64,000 nt of DNA from Basidiobolus meristosporus CBS 931.73 (GCA_002104905.1 MCFE01000191.1:73083-137082), one strand, 5' to 3'. Numbered from the stretch's first letter, positions 50,163 through 63,800 are shown. A program made the numbers and translations. The notes: generated from the sequence alone by a model not told the origin.

Positions 50163-51959
50163 ATGACCAATACACCACTCCCAGAGTTAATAGCCACTTT
50201 TAAAGGAGCCATTCCAGTAAAATTCTCAGGAGAGAATGTTACTGAGTTTCTAGAGGAGTTTAACAATATAGCTGCAGCATTTGAGCTATCACACAAGAAC
50301 AAAATCCAGTTGTTTCCCTTTCTCTGTGAAGTTGAAGTATCAAGATTCTTACAAAGTTTGGACCCATTTAAGATATCTGTTGGCGCTAACTATAACTGGG
50401 ACACTGCTCAACAAGCTATTTTAGCTGAATACCAAAAAGAAGCACAGTTTGTTACACTAAATGAGCTAGAAATGCCTTACAACAAGACCCAACCCTTGCA
50501 GAAGTACATTCAAAAGTTTGAGTCAAAAGCAAGGCATGTTGAAGCAGCTATTGGAATTCCAAGATTTTATCAAAGAAACTATTTTCTTATGAATATGCCT
50601 CCTGAAATACGTAATGCCATTAGCCACCAAGTTCAGGCTATAAGCTCCTACAACAATGTTAAACAAATGGTGTTAAACTATCAATCAGGGAGACAAGTCA
50701 TGGATTCCATTAATATTCAAATGAAGATTTCCACTCCAGCTAAACAAATTCTTCATTGTACAAATAACCCGCAAAGTGATCAGGTTAATGAATTGATTAA
50801 TGCATTAGGAAAACTGACGCTTAAGTTGGACTCTCAAAGTGTACCATCATCAAGCATCAACAAGGCAAGACCAGAAAATCCCAAAACAACCAGTAATTAT
50901 CCACAGCAAACCAAATATTGTGTGTACTGTGAATCTGCTAAGCACAGCCGTTATGGTTGTCAAATATTTAATATTGATATCGACAGTCATAAGGTTATGA
51001 TTGATTGTTATGGGAAGATCTGTGATATTGCTGGAAACCCCTTGCCTATCAACAGAGGTTATGGTGGAATGAGGTCCTATGTACTTGCTCAAGAAGAATC
51101 AAGTAAAAACACCAAGACATCAAATTTCATACAAATCCAAAAGACTGCAGAAATTCCAAGCAATGAACGTTACGTACTCACAATATCAGATCCATCAGGG
51201 CAGGTCCAAGAATATCTAATGGAAAAAGAGGAAGTTGAAGAGCTTAATTGCCTTATTGATAAGAGAAAGTATGTTTCTACAGAGAACAATCCTAAAAAAG
51301 TGTGTACCGACAAAAGAAATCAGCCAATTGTTGAAATACCAGTACAGCCAGAAACATCAAAAATCCAAAAAGAACACTTGCAACCTCAATCTAAGTATGA
51401 TACTACTGCAATTACACAGAAAGTTATCGACAAATTCTGGAAATCTCCATTTCCACAACTTACAAATCAAGAAATGTTCACCGCCATCAACAATCTCAGT
51501 CAACTACTACCAGAAATGGTTAAGCCTATGAACAAAGATATCCTGAAGAATTATCAAGAACAGTCATCAACAACGTTATCAAGTGAACAACTACAATTTG
51601 AAGTAGAAAAAGCCTTTTACTCTATAACAACAGGAAGCTATGCTGCTACAATCAACAATGTTGAAGTGGAATGTGTTTTTGATTCTGGATCAGAAATCAA
51701 TGCTATCACCGCTATGACTTTTGAAAAAATCAAATTGCCATTGACAGAAGTTGACTGGAATATGAGAACTGCTACAGGTGCAACAGAGAAGATGCTTAGA
51801 CTTTGTCACTCTGTACCAATTGAAATTGGAGGAATCAGGGTTACTTCTCCCTTTTTCATTGTTGCCAATGGACCCACTTTTGAGGTATTGTTGGGACAAC
51901 CATATGAGAGAAAATCTCTTCTACAAGCTGATAATAGACCTGATGGAAGCTATGGCTGA
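50163..51959 (+). CDS. gag: Ty3 Gag plus aspartic protease
   Basis: 598 aa; CX2CX4HX4C knuckle CVYCESAKHSRYGC; protease VFDSGSEIN. Shifts by one base into the pol frame at ~51950. Confidence 0.93.
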   Translation: MTNTPLPELIATFKGAIPVKFSGENVTEFLEEFNNIAAAFELSHKNKIQLFPFLCEVEVSRFLQSLDPFKISVGANYNWDTAQQAILAEYQKEAQFVTLNELEMPYNKTQPLQKYIQKFESKARHVEAAIGIPRFYQRNYFLMNMPPEIRNAISHQVQAISSYNNVKQMVLNYQSGRQVMDSINIQMKISTPAKQILHCTNNPQSDQVNELINALGKLTLKLDSQSVPSSSINKARPENPKTTSNYPQQTKYCVYCESAKHSRYGCQIFNIDIDSHKVMIDCYGKICDIAGNPLPINRGYGGMRSYVLAQEESSKNTKTSNFIQIQKTAEIPSNERYVLTISDPSGQVQEYLMEKEEVEELNCLIDKRKYVSTENNPKKVCTDKRNQPIVEIPVQPETSKIQKEHLQPQSKYDTTAITQKVIDKFWKSPFPQLTNQEMFTAINNLSQLLPEMVKPMNKDILKNYQEQSSTTLSSEQLQFEVEKAFYSITTGSYAATINNVEVECVFDSGSEINAITAMTFEKIKLPLTEVDWNMRTATGATEKMLRLCHSVPIEIGGIRVTSPFFIVANGPTFEVLLGQPYERKSLLQADNRPDGSYG

Positions 51960-54796
51960 CAATCACATCTGACGATCAAAAAAGAAGGGCAACCTTTTGT
52001 GCAGCAGAAGAGAATAATCCAAGAAATGCAGACACCATTCCAGTACAAAACATACAGGTTCATAAGGATATTTTGTTTTATGATCAACACTTCATTCCAT
52101 CGACAACAAGTAAGACAAATACCAAGTATAAGCCAGTTGCATTGAAAGCAAAGCCAGTATCTACTGGAATCTCACCATCTGCCCACAACAATCCTCAAAT
52201 GGAGCCTTTGCACAAATATGACAAAATCAGACTCACAGAAGAGAAGCTCAAGGAGTTGGCTATTGGGACTACTCTTTCCACTGAGAAGAGAAGTCTCTTT
52301 TTGACTATGCTACAACGCTATGACAATGTCTTTGCATTTAATGATGCACAAAGAGGATGTTTATCCACAGAGCTATTTCCACTGGTTAAGATCCATACCA
52401 TTGAACATACACCATGGGCACTGAGATCATATCCTATTCCCTCAAGATTACTGAACAAAGTAATTGAAATGCTACAATCAAGATTTCAAAGTGGAGTTAT
52501 TGAATATAGCTATGGACCTTATCGCAATCCCTGGTTTACACCGTTGAAGAAAAATGGAAGTCTACGGTTTATTCAAGACGTACAGCATTTGAATAAGGTC
52601 ACCATCAAAGATGCTATGCAACCACCCATACAACATGAGTATATTGAGTCATTTACTGGATATCCTCTGATTACAACATTGGATCTTTATTCAGGATATG
52701 ACCAAATACTTCTGGATCCTACCTCAAGAGATTTCACCGCTATGGATACACCAATAGGACTCATAAGGATGACAAGAATTCCTCAAGGATGGACAAACTC
52801 TGTCCAAAATTATCAACGTGCAATGATTTGTGTTTTGGATGACTGTTTCCCTGAAATATGCCGACCATTTCTTGATGACATTGCAGTTAAGAATAAGTCC
52901 AGAGAAAAAGATACATCGCATGTCTTACCTCAAGTAAGAAGATATGTTTATGATCACATAAGCACAGTTGAAAGGGTCATGAAGAAACTTCAAGCTTCTG
53001 GTCTGACTGTATCAGGAGCCAAATGCAAGTTTGGCTACGACAAAGCAATCATTCTAGGTGAACTTGTTACTGAAAAAGGGAGATTGCCTGATCCTGCAAG
53101 ACTTTCATCGGCACTGAATTGGAAGCCACCAAGGAATATTCATCAAGTCAGACAATTATTAGGACTTACTGGTCTATTCAGAATCTGGATCAAGAACTAT
53201 GCTCAAATTGCTAAGCCACTGACTCAGTTATTACAGAAAAACCAGAAATTTGAATGGCATGAAGAACAGGCAAATGCTATGTCAACATTGCTTGAGTCAT
53301 TATCAAAGCCACCTGTCTTAGCAGCTATAGACTACAGTGTTATTGATTCACAACCAATCATTGTATCAGTTGATAGCTCTGGAATTGGGGTTGGTGGAAT
53401 CATGATTCAAGTTTCAAAAGATCATCATCGACAACCTTGCAAATATCTTAGCAGACTATTCAAAGGGAATGAGCTTAACTATCCATCTATCAAGAAAGAA
53501 GCACTGGGAGTACTCTATGTACTCAAAAAGCTAAAGCCATACTTATTAGGAGTACACTTCACACTGGAGGTTGATGCCAAGCCATTATTAGGAATGTTGA
53601 ATAAGTTGGAGCTTTTGCCTGATCCTATTCTAGCACGGTGGATATCATACATCCAGATCTTTGACTTTATGCTGCAACATATACCAGGAGCCAATCACAA
53701 AGGACCTGATGCCTTATCTAGAAAGCAACCAAATTCACCGTACTCAACTGATGATGATGAGATTGATGAGTTTCTTGAAAACACTAGTCTTGGATTCTCA
53801 TTCAGACATATGATACAAAGCAATTATCAACAAATCAAGGAATTTCTTACATCACTCAAAGTTCCTGCTGATATTCCCACAAATCAACGCACAAATTTTA
53901 AAAGGAAGGCTCTGAGTTTTTACTGCATGACGGCACACTTTTCAGAAAAAGCAAACATGGAGTTCCTCGACGGTATATACATAACAAGCATGATCAAGAG
54001 AAGATCATTCAAGAATTGCATGAATCTGAATCAGGAGGTCATAAGGGAATTACATCAACATATGCAAAAATCTCTTTACGGTATTTTTGGCCAACGCTTT
54101 ACACCAACACAAAAGAATATGTGAAATCATGTATTCCATGTCAAAGAAGAGACAACCAAAAGATGCATGAACCACTTCACAGTATATACACATCTTATGC
54201 TTGGCAAATTGCACATGTAGATATTATACATTTACCAAGGGCAACAGCTGGGTATAAGTATGTGGTGGACTGTTGTGATAACTTTACTGGTTGGATAGAG
54301 GCTAGAATGCTGAAACAAGCCAATGCAAAAGCAGTAGCAAGATTTCTCAAAGAAGATGTATATCTCAGACATGGTTCAGTTGGCACCCTTATTGCAGACA
54401 ATGGAGAATGTGGATCTTATGAAATACAAGCACTAGCGACAAAGCATGGAACCAAGCTTATACATACTACGCCATATCACCCACAAGCAAATTCACCAGT
54501 TGAACGTGGACATTCTGCTTTTGCAAACACATTAGCAAAGCTTAGCTATGAAGAACCCAACAAATGGGCAAATAACTTTCATGCAGCAATTTGGTCTGAT
54601 AGAGTCACGGTTAAAAGAAGTACAGGGTATACACCATTTTTTTTAATATATGGACATGAAGCTGTTTTGCCAATAGACATATCTTTTGAGAATTGGCTTA
54701 CCCTCACATGAAAACCAACCATGACAACATCAGAGCTATTGCTAGCAAGAGTACAACAGATTCAACAAGCACACACTCTGCAACAGAATGCAATAG
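51950..54796 (+). pseudogene. pol: Ty3 Pol (RT-RNase H-integrase), one frameshift, one stop, 3' truncated
   Basis: KYKPVALK; LDLYSGY, PQGWTNS, PFLDDI; RNase H VDSS, EVDAKPL; integrase HKGI...CIPCQ, HVDII, IADNG, PVERGH. Shift in a T-run at ~53915; TGA at 54709-54711. Confidence 0.95.
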
Positions 54797-56187
54797 TGTT
54801 CCTACTGATTAGTCCTAATTTTGACCTAAGATATTCAAACTTGTCTCTGTGGTAATGGAAAGTATTCCATTACTACAATATCTCTAAACCAATATTGCAC
54901 TCATTTCTTTATTTTGCTTTTTGCTATTGTAACACACAAGAGAAAGATCAAGAATTTCCAACTTTGAAGAGCAAATGCTCCAGACCCTGACAAGCAATCC
55001 ACCCAAGAATATTATGTCATACAGAACACATAGTAGCCAACACATGTTTCAAATTACAGCTCATTTGAAGCAGTACTTAAGGAGTTATGACCAAAAGAGT
55101 CCAACTATTATATATACTATGCCTTATTGCTAGGATTACTATGGTGACTTTGATTGCGTGTAACTTTTGAACCAGCCAATCAAATCACGTGAAATTTTCA
55201 CAGGTGCTGCGCCTATGTCCGATCTGCGCCACTGCAAAAATTTTAGCTTCGTATCACATGTATTGCTTGCGCAATCGCCCAAAAACTTTGATCCTTCAAA
55301 ATTTTCATATATATGACTTCCCCAGCTGAAAAATATAGAGAGAGCCTCTCTTTCCAGAATCTCCACACTACAATTACAAGTTTAAAGGTTATAAGACTTC
55401 CCCTGCATCACTTGCACTGTTGAGTATTCTGACTTTGATCGGTACTACATCAGTAAAGAGACTGCAAAGCTCACAAGAATCCAATCTAAGTTCTACAAGA
55501 AACTACCACTTTTCTGTCGGAAAAGTCCCCTCTGAAAACCCCTTTACTCTAAAGACACCCCTTTAGACACCCCTTTAGTCTAAAGACCCCTTTAGAGACC
55601 CCTCTAAGAAACCCCTTTACTCTAAAGAAGCCCCTTTAGGCACCCCTTTAGTGTAAAGTCCACTTTAGAGACTACTACAAGAAGCCCCTTTACTCTAAAG
55701 ACACCCCTTTAGTAGAGACTTCTACAACACACCCCTTTAGGTCAAAGGGGAGTTCAGAATTTCCATATTAGGAAATATTTTCTCACAAAGGAAAGTGACT
55801 TCCAAATAAGGAAAAGTTACTATAAAAGTAAATAAGCCCATTAGTCGACAGAAGGTCAGAACACTGCTGTAGAAGTGATAAACACTGCCTACAGTATATT
55901 TTGAGCCCAAGATTGAGGAAATTAGTGAAAGTTATATCTTCTATCGGTATATCAAACTCCCAATAAACTATTTCAGTATTAGCATACTGGAAGTTGTCGT
56001 ATATTGTTGATTAGCCTCTACATTGTAGAACAAGCCCCAAACTAATCATAATACAACACAACATCTCTAGCTAATGGTTTGGTAAATATGCCTGCAATCA
56101 TTTCATCTGTAGGACAGTAAACTAAGCTAACTAAGTTATTCTCTATAGCTTCATGTATGAAATGATGTCCAATATCTATGTGCTTGG

Positions 56188-56560
56188 TGTGAGTACTAAA
56201 TACAGACCCACTCTTTGCCCAGGAGTTCTCCTCAGAGTCCTACCCAAAGTCCCCCAGTATCCTCCCTATGATTCCCCCACATGCCCTCCCTCCTATCCCT
56301 GCCCTTATCTAGTTAGAACACTTACTATAACAGGAAGGTGTTCACACCCCTATTTTATAACATATTGTCTATTATCTAAGCCCCCAAGTGATATAAATCT
56401 ACCCAATTGAACCAAGTAAGAGAACAAGGAGTTTTGGGACAAAATAAACACAAGTCTTTATTACCTTGCTACCTTCTATCAGAAGCTATTCTGAACCAAG
56501 TGGTACTGACTTGACCTACAAGCTTGCCCACTCACCAAGTACAGTCATTAATAACCCACA
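56188..56560. mobile_element. Solo LTR family I
   Basis: 373 bp, TGTGAG...CCCACA, perfect 5-bp TSD CTTGG within copia RNase H. Confidence 0.92.
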
Positions 56561-57890
56561 CTTGGTTCTAGCATGAAAAGTTGGATTTCTACCTAATTGT
56601 ATACGTCCTTGATTTTCTTAAATAAAGTAATAGGCGTTTTTTGACATAGGCCTAAATCTGTAAAAGCTTTCTTAACCACATTGCTTCTTTTGTAGCTTCA
56701 CAGGCTGCCATATACTCTGCCTCTGTGGTGGAAAGTGCTACGGTTGGTTGCTTTCTTGAGTTCCATGAAATTGCTCCTTAACAATAAAGAACGGTGTATC
56801 CTGTGGTGGATCTTCTGTCTTCCAAATTTTGTCCTCAATCAGCATTGGAGTATCCCACAAGATCCTGTTCTGAATCCTTATAAGTGTATCTTAAGCAGAT
56901 ATCAGCAGTTCCTTTTAGGTATCTAAAAATCCACTTAACTGCTGCAATATGATCAGATCCATAGTTCTGATTATGTTGGCTGAGAACTCCCACTGAATAT
57001 GAGATATCTGGACGTGTTCCAAGCATGATATACATCAGACTGCCGACCATAGATTGATAAGGAAAGTCAGGGCTTTCAGATGGCACCAAGCTCTCTTGAT
57101 TTGGTTAAGTTTTGACCAAGATAAGGTTTGTCTCCATTGGGGTAGCTGTTGGTTCACAGTCTTCCATTTGGTACTTCTTTAGTATATCTTGAATATACTT
57201 GGATTGGCTTAGGGTGATAGTCTGGGTACTTCTGTCTATGGAGAACTTAATCCCTAAGTAGTAACTGAGTTCTCCTAGATTGGACATCTTGAACTCTTTA
57301 GATAGGCTGGATTTAGTCTCTTCCAATGTTGCTAGGTTATTGGTGGCTATAATAAGATCATCCACATATAGAGCTAATAGAACTGGATTTGCTCTATCTG
57401 GCTTATAGTATATACTTTAGTCAGCATTACTCCTTTTGAAACTCAAAGATTCCAAATAAGAATCTATCTTGCAATTCCATGATCTTGGTGATTGTTTGAG
57501 ACCATATAGTTACTTTTTAAGCTTGCAGACCAAATGGAGGTTAACTTGGTCAACAAACCCATCAGGCTGGTCCATATACATGTGCTCATCAAGTTCTCCA
57601 TTCAAAAATGCAGTTTTTACATCCATTTGATGAATAAAAAACTTATACTTGGCTGCCTTAGCCAATATTAATCTGATGGAATTAAACTTGGCTACCGGTG
57701 CAAAGGTCTCAGTATAGTCAAGTCCTTTTGTTTGAGAGTATCCTTTGGCTACAAGTCTTGCTTTGTATCTTTCAATTGTACCATCAGCCTTGTATTTTGT
57801 CTTGAAGACCCATCTGCATCCAATTGATTTTTGGTTGATTGGTTATTTGACTAAGTCCCAAGATTGATTTTCTACCAGGGCCTGATATTC

Positions 57891-58983
57891 TGTTGTGTTG
57901 TATTATGATTAGTTTGGGGCTTGTTCTACAATGTAGAGGCTAATCAACAATATACAAACACTTCCAGTATGCTAATACTGAAATAGTTTATTGGGAGTTT
58001 GATATACCGATAGAGGATATAACTTTCACTAATTTCCTCAATCTTGGGCTCAAAATATACTGTAGGCAGTGTTTATCACTTCTACAGCAGTGTTGTGACC
58101 TTCTGTCAACTAATGGGCTTATTTACTTTTATAGTAACTTTTCCTTATTTGGAAGTCACTTTCTTTTCTGAGAAAATATTTCCTAATATGGAAATTCTGA
58201 ACTCCCCTTTAACCTAAAGGGGTGTGTTGTAGAAGTCTCTAAAGGGGTCTTTAGACCTAAAGGGGTGTCTAAAGGGGTGTCTTTAGAGTAAAGGGGCTTC
58301 TTAGAGGGGACTTTTCCAACAGAAAAGTGGTAGTTTCTTGTAGAACTTAGATTGGATTCTTGTAAGCTTTGCAGTCTCTTTACTGATGTAGTACTGATCA
58401 AAGTCAGAATACTCAACAGTGCAAGTGATGCAGGGGAAGTCTTATAACCTTTAAACTTGTAATTGTAGTGTGGAGATTCTGGAAAGAGAGGCTCTCCTTT
58501 ATTTTTCAGCTGGGGAAGTCATATATATGAAATTTTGAAGGATCAAAGTTTTTGGCAATTGCGCAAGCAATACATGTGACACAAAGCTAAAATTTGCAGT
58601 GGCGCAGATCGGACATAGGTGCAGCACCTGTGAGAATTTCACGTGATTTGATTGGCTGGTTCAAAAGTTACATGCAATCAAAGTCACCATAGTAATCCTA
58701 GCAATAAGGCATAGTATATATAATAGTTGGACTCTTTTGGTCATAACTCCTTAAGTACTGCTTCAAATGAGCTGTAATTTGAAACATGTGTTGGCTACTA
58801 CGTGTTCTGTATGACATAATATTCTTGGGTGGATTGCTTGTCAGGGTCTGGAGCATTTGCTCTTCAAAGTTGGAAATTCTTGATCTTTCTCTTGTGTGTT
58901 ACAATAGCAAAAAGCAAAATAAAGAAATGAGTACAATATTGGTTTAGAGATATTGTAGTAATGGAATACTTTCCATTACCACA
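57891..58983 (-). mobile_element. Family B solo LTR, reverse orientation
   Basis: 1093 bp, perfect 4-bp TSD ATTC within copia RT. Confidence 0.95.
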
Positions 58984-60849
58984 ATTCCTCAGTCATTGCA
59001 GATCTCCAAAACTTTGTCTGAGGGCTATTTAGGGCTTCTTTTACAGTTTGGCGTTCATCAATATGGACTGAATAGGCATAGGCTAAGTTTGTACCCTGAT
59101 TGATATAGTAATTTGGGCTATTTCTTGTCCGATTGGATCTCCAGGCATTTGATACTGGAATGATCACTTCTGGGATATTCCTGGACACTGATTCTGTCTG
59201 AACCACGGTTATAGAGTCCTCTGGAGTGAAAAAATTTTCATTGTTTTGCTCTGATTCAATCCCAACAATTGGTGGACTTGAGATCAGATTTTTGTCATCA
59301 TCTAATGTCATTTTTTGTGAATATTTTAAATTTTCATCAAACAACACATCCCTGTACTTGATAAGCTTCTTTGCTTTGGTATTGTAGAGCCTGTATGCCT
59401 TACTCTCATTGCAGTAGCCCAAAAATATGCATTTTACACTTTTTGGCTCAAATTTTGACTGATTTCTGACCAGTTTTTTGGCATATGCTGTACACCCAAA
59501 TATTCTTATATGCTCTGCACTTGGTCTGTATCCATACTATGCTTCAAATGGAGTAGAATCACAAAGTATTCTGTTATAACTCCTATTTTTAAGGTATACA
59601 GCAGTGGCAACTGATTCCGCCCAAAAATCATAGGATAATTTTTGATCTTGGATAATAGATCTTGCCAAATCAATTATTGATTTGTTAGCACATTCTGCTA
59701 CTCCATTTTGTTGTGGGGAGTATGGTACAGTGGTCTCTTGCTTTATTTCGTGAATTTTGCAGAAGTGGATGAGGAATTTTGAGGTATATTCTCCACCATT
59801 GTCAGAGCGTATTTTCTTGATTTTTTCACCAGTTTCTCTCTCCACCATGGCTTTAAACTCCCTGAACTTAGACAGTGCTTCTTCCTTTCTCTCCATGAAG
59901 TAGGCCCATGTGTATCTTGTATAATCATCATTAAAAGTGATTAAATACTTCATCCCGCCTAGGGATAAATTTTGTACAGGTCCACAATGATCTGAGTGAA
60001 TTAGATCTAATTTTTTCTTAGTTTTGATTGACCCAGAGCTCTTGAACGGTTGTCTGGCTTGTTTCCCATATATGCAGGCTTCACAGTGCTCCAAATTAGC
60101 TGGGGGATCAATTTTCACTCCAGAAATGAGCTGATCATTGATCATTTTGGGCAAAAAATTAAAATTGATGTGTCCAAATCTCCTGTTCCAAAGCATTGGT
60201 GTTTCTTCATTTAAGTTACTTATATTGGCTTCCAGATATGATGGAATATAAGTCAACTTGTATAGGTTCTGATCTCTGATGCCCAAAGCAATATGGGCAC
60301 CATTTTGATCAGTGATCCTGCATCCAGAATTGTCAAAACTGAAACTGAGTCCTTCTGCTGTGGCCTTGCTTACAGAGAGTAGGTTCTTGTCTATTTCTGG
60401 TATATAGAGTACTTCCTTAAAGGTCAGTGTATGGCTTCCTTCACTGCTTCTAAGGTTTACTTGGATAGTTCCTTCTCCCACTGCATCAAGTGTTCTATTG
60501 TCACCCATGACAACCTTCTTAATTGGAATTTCTTGATATTGGGTAAAAAGTTCTTTTTGGTGTGTAAAGTGTTGAGAAGCTCCAGAGTCAATATACCACG
60601 TCTGAGAATCCTTGTTTGTGGTCAAATTTAGTGCAGATATGAATAGTCTATCTTCAGTTGTTGCAGCATTTCCATGTTCAGTCTTCTTTTGCCAATAATC
60701 TCTCTTTTTGAGACACTGGTCTGATGTGTGTCATTTCCTTTTGCAGTAATTGCAAAACAGGTTGCTGTTGCCTATGTAGGGTCTTGGGTACCTCCTTTGT
60801 TGGTTATCATTGCTTATTAAAGCATTTTCTTCTTGCTGCTTATTGGCGC

Positions 60850-63800
60850 TGTAGTGGGGTGACAGTGACACCCACAGACAGATGTGCTCATTCCCTTATT
60901 TTCTACTTCCCTATATCTCTACTACACTTATTTTAGTTTTATCCCATTTGTCTTACCCAATCAGTACTATCCCTTAAGCCGGTTGACTATCACACCTGCT
61001 TACCTTGTTGCATAAGTTACCCCTCACTTTATGTAAGATTACTAGCTATAAGTACTTCTATATTAGGCAAGTACCCGCGCCAGTACCTGTGACACATGAT
61101 CAGCCCGTGTCACCATCCCTACCATTTCCATACCGTATATGGTATCCCCATGTTACACAGGTTTCAGAATACTGATCCCTGATTGGTTGGATGTGCTGTG
61201 CCTCTTAGTACCTTCCAGCACCTACTTAGAACATTCTTAGGTCATTCTGATGTCATTAAGATTTCTATTGATCTCCGGAACCTTCTGGAACACCATGATT
61301 AGTAATCACTTAGCCAGTGAGAAAAGTATATAAGGGAGGCTATCCCTCAACAATAAATCATCATCCCTTTTATCAATATACCGACTTGTTGATTAGTGTG
61401 ATCACTGCTACCTGCTGCTACCTGAACTTCCAACCCTAGACCACAGGACACTCCCAGGAAACTGCGCTGACAGCCAACTGACCTTGGAGGCACTACTTGT
61501 GAGGAATACTCAGAGTAGGTATCTTTTAGTATATTTGATTCTTTCCCAAGTTTGTTCTTGTACAGGCAAAGATACTTTTCTGTCTTTGTAACTATTGACC
61601 ACAGCTGCATTCTTATCAAGTCCCTGCTGGTGGAGTTTACAGTTGTTTTGACTTTGGAAGCTTTAGTACATTGTCATCTCAAAGGACACTGAACCCAGCA
61701 CATACTTTTGTTAAGACGCCAACTAAGTTGGGGATTGTAGCTCAATAGCTTTCCCTTGACAAGCTTGTGGCTTTATTCCCCTTCACATTAGATTAGAGAC
61801 AGAACCCAAGTATTCCTAGCAAGCTTTTGCCAGAGGTTATTGCACCCAGTGAACACCCCACACACAAAACACTTGAGAAGTGTTGGATGTATCTCTCCCT
61901 TGGACCTATACACCACCACATATTTGGCACCCAACATGGGGGGTTCATACAAGCTCCCTAGGACCCAACAAGATTTACCTGAAGATTTGAGCTGTTATCC
62001 ACCTATTGAAAAGAGACTACCGATATTGCCAAGATTACAACACCAACCTACCTGCCCAACATGAACTCTATGCCATTACCACTCTCACATGGAGCCCCAC
62101 AGTTTGATGGAAAGAATGTGGAAAGCTTCATATTCAAATGGGAGAAGCTCTGCAAGATGTGCAGCATATCTGAACAAGAAATGGCTGAAGACTTCCCCTA
62201 CTACTGCACCAATGATATTACCACTAAGCTTCTCAGACAAGGAGACATTCTCACTGACTGGGCCTTAATGAAGACCTACCTACAGACCAAGTATGGTAGA
62301 CCCCAGATGTACTATGGAATTGAAGACCTCAGGCACTTTGGAAGAACTGGACTTTCCAAGCTACCGCTTGAAGAGTTCATACAACAGTATGAAGATATGG
62401 CCAAGCCACTCCTAGAGTCCCAGGCTATAACTGAGTTTACCATGACACTTTACCTTGCACAAGGGCTTCCCCAGGACTTGGCAAGGAAAGTTGACTTACA
62501 TGCAGCCAAGGATGACAAGTCTGGCATTCCTTGCTTTGCAGAGATGAAACGTGTTCTCCTAGAGGCAAAGCAAACTTTTACCTTTATGAGACTCCTTACA
62601 TCTAACCTGCCAGACCAGTCAATCAAGGAGCCAAGGAGTGCTGCTGCTGACAACCAGACCTACACTACCGACAGAATTGACCAACTTGCTGAACAGCTAC
62701 AGAAGCTAGCCCTCAGGATTAATGGCTCAGCTGAGGTAGCTACTGAGGGACAAAGACCTTTGCCCAGGCACTGCATCTGGTGTGACTCTACTCAGCATGC
62801 CAGACAAGAATGCTCAGAGCTTAGTCAGCTACTCAGAGAAGGAGCAGTACAGTTTGATGCTGATGGAATGCTTGCTGACAAGGAAGGAAGAAGGATTCCC
62901 ACTAATTTCCGAAGAGGAGGGATGAGAGCCCTTTTCCAGAAATCTGACTCAGCAACCAGAAAGATTACTGTTGATGCCCCTATTGGGACTCATAAAGTGA
63001 ATCCTAGCAGCCCTGACAACAGACAATATGAAGTTGATGCCTTTGCTACCAAAAGACACCTCCCTGAAGAACCTGCCAAACCCATCCTTAGAAGACCATG
63101 ATTTGAAGAACCTGAAGTTGTTATTAACAAGAGGCCTAGTATGCTGCCCACCCAAGATCCATTGCCTCACTTTCAGATGACCTCAAAGATAGCAAGCTAC
63201 TCAAGCCCTCAACTGATTACTGAGAAGCTGCTAAAGCAGAACCTCACTTTGTTGGTTGGAGAAATCATGAGTGTATCCCCATCTGTTAGGAAGACCTTTG
63301 ATGAGCAGCTTAGAACAAGACGACAAGCTGTTGAACATATGGACACCCATATAATTCAGACAAACCATGAAGACCACCAAAAAGATGACAACACTACTGA
63401 GTATAAGGCCTTTTACTCAGTTGCAACTGCTGTGGTGAAAGGATATATATATGATGACCCTGTTGACTGCCATATTGACAGTGGCTCAGAGATTTGTGTT
63501 ATGCCGCTAGACTTCTGGAAGACACTTAGAAGCAAGGAGCTACTGCCTGTTGATAGAGATATTGGATGGAACATGACTGATGCAAACTCAGGATCTAGCC
63601 CACTCTACGGTGTAGTGCACAAGTTCCCTATTGAGGTACAAGGAATCAAGGTCTGGCTTCCCCTCTTCATCTGCCAGAAGGCAAACTTTGACCTTCTGCT
63701 AGGTAGACCATGGGAAACCAGTACTAAGGCTACAACTACCAACTATTCCAATGGGTCAGTATGGTACACCATACAAGGATCCAACCCAGGACTACAGTCA

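Larger units (their letters stand above)
48858..56063 (+). mobile_element. Ty3/gypsy family B near-complete element
   Basis: LTRs 48858-50095 and 54848-56063 (TGTGG...CAACA); 4-bp TSD TCTC in copia RNase H; PBS-like TGGTGGAGGACCTGGG at 50102-50117 (possibly tRNA-Ala). The 3' end of the internal region is rearranged. Confidence 0.96.
48442..60849 (-). mobile_element. Ty1/copia family A copy A5, host of four nested LTR insertions
   Basis: 3' LTR 48442-48790 and PPT ctcccactcagc. Pol remnants 56064-60625 (ORFs 59537-60625, 58976-59422, 57105-57365). Cut at 60849 by a family C element. Confidence 0.95.

Noticed and set aside
51935-51965. Programmed gag/pol ribosomal frameshift
   Set aside because: The shift falls within the protease C-terminal motif, no slippery heptamer is evident, and the related family C keeps this region in one frame.
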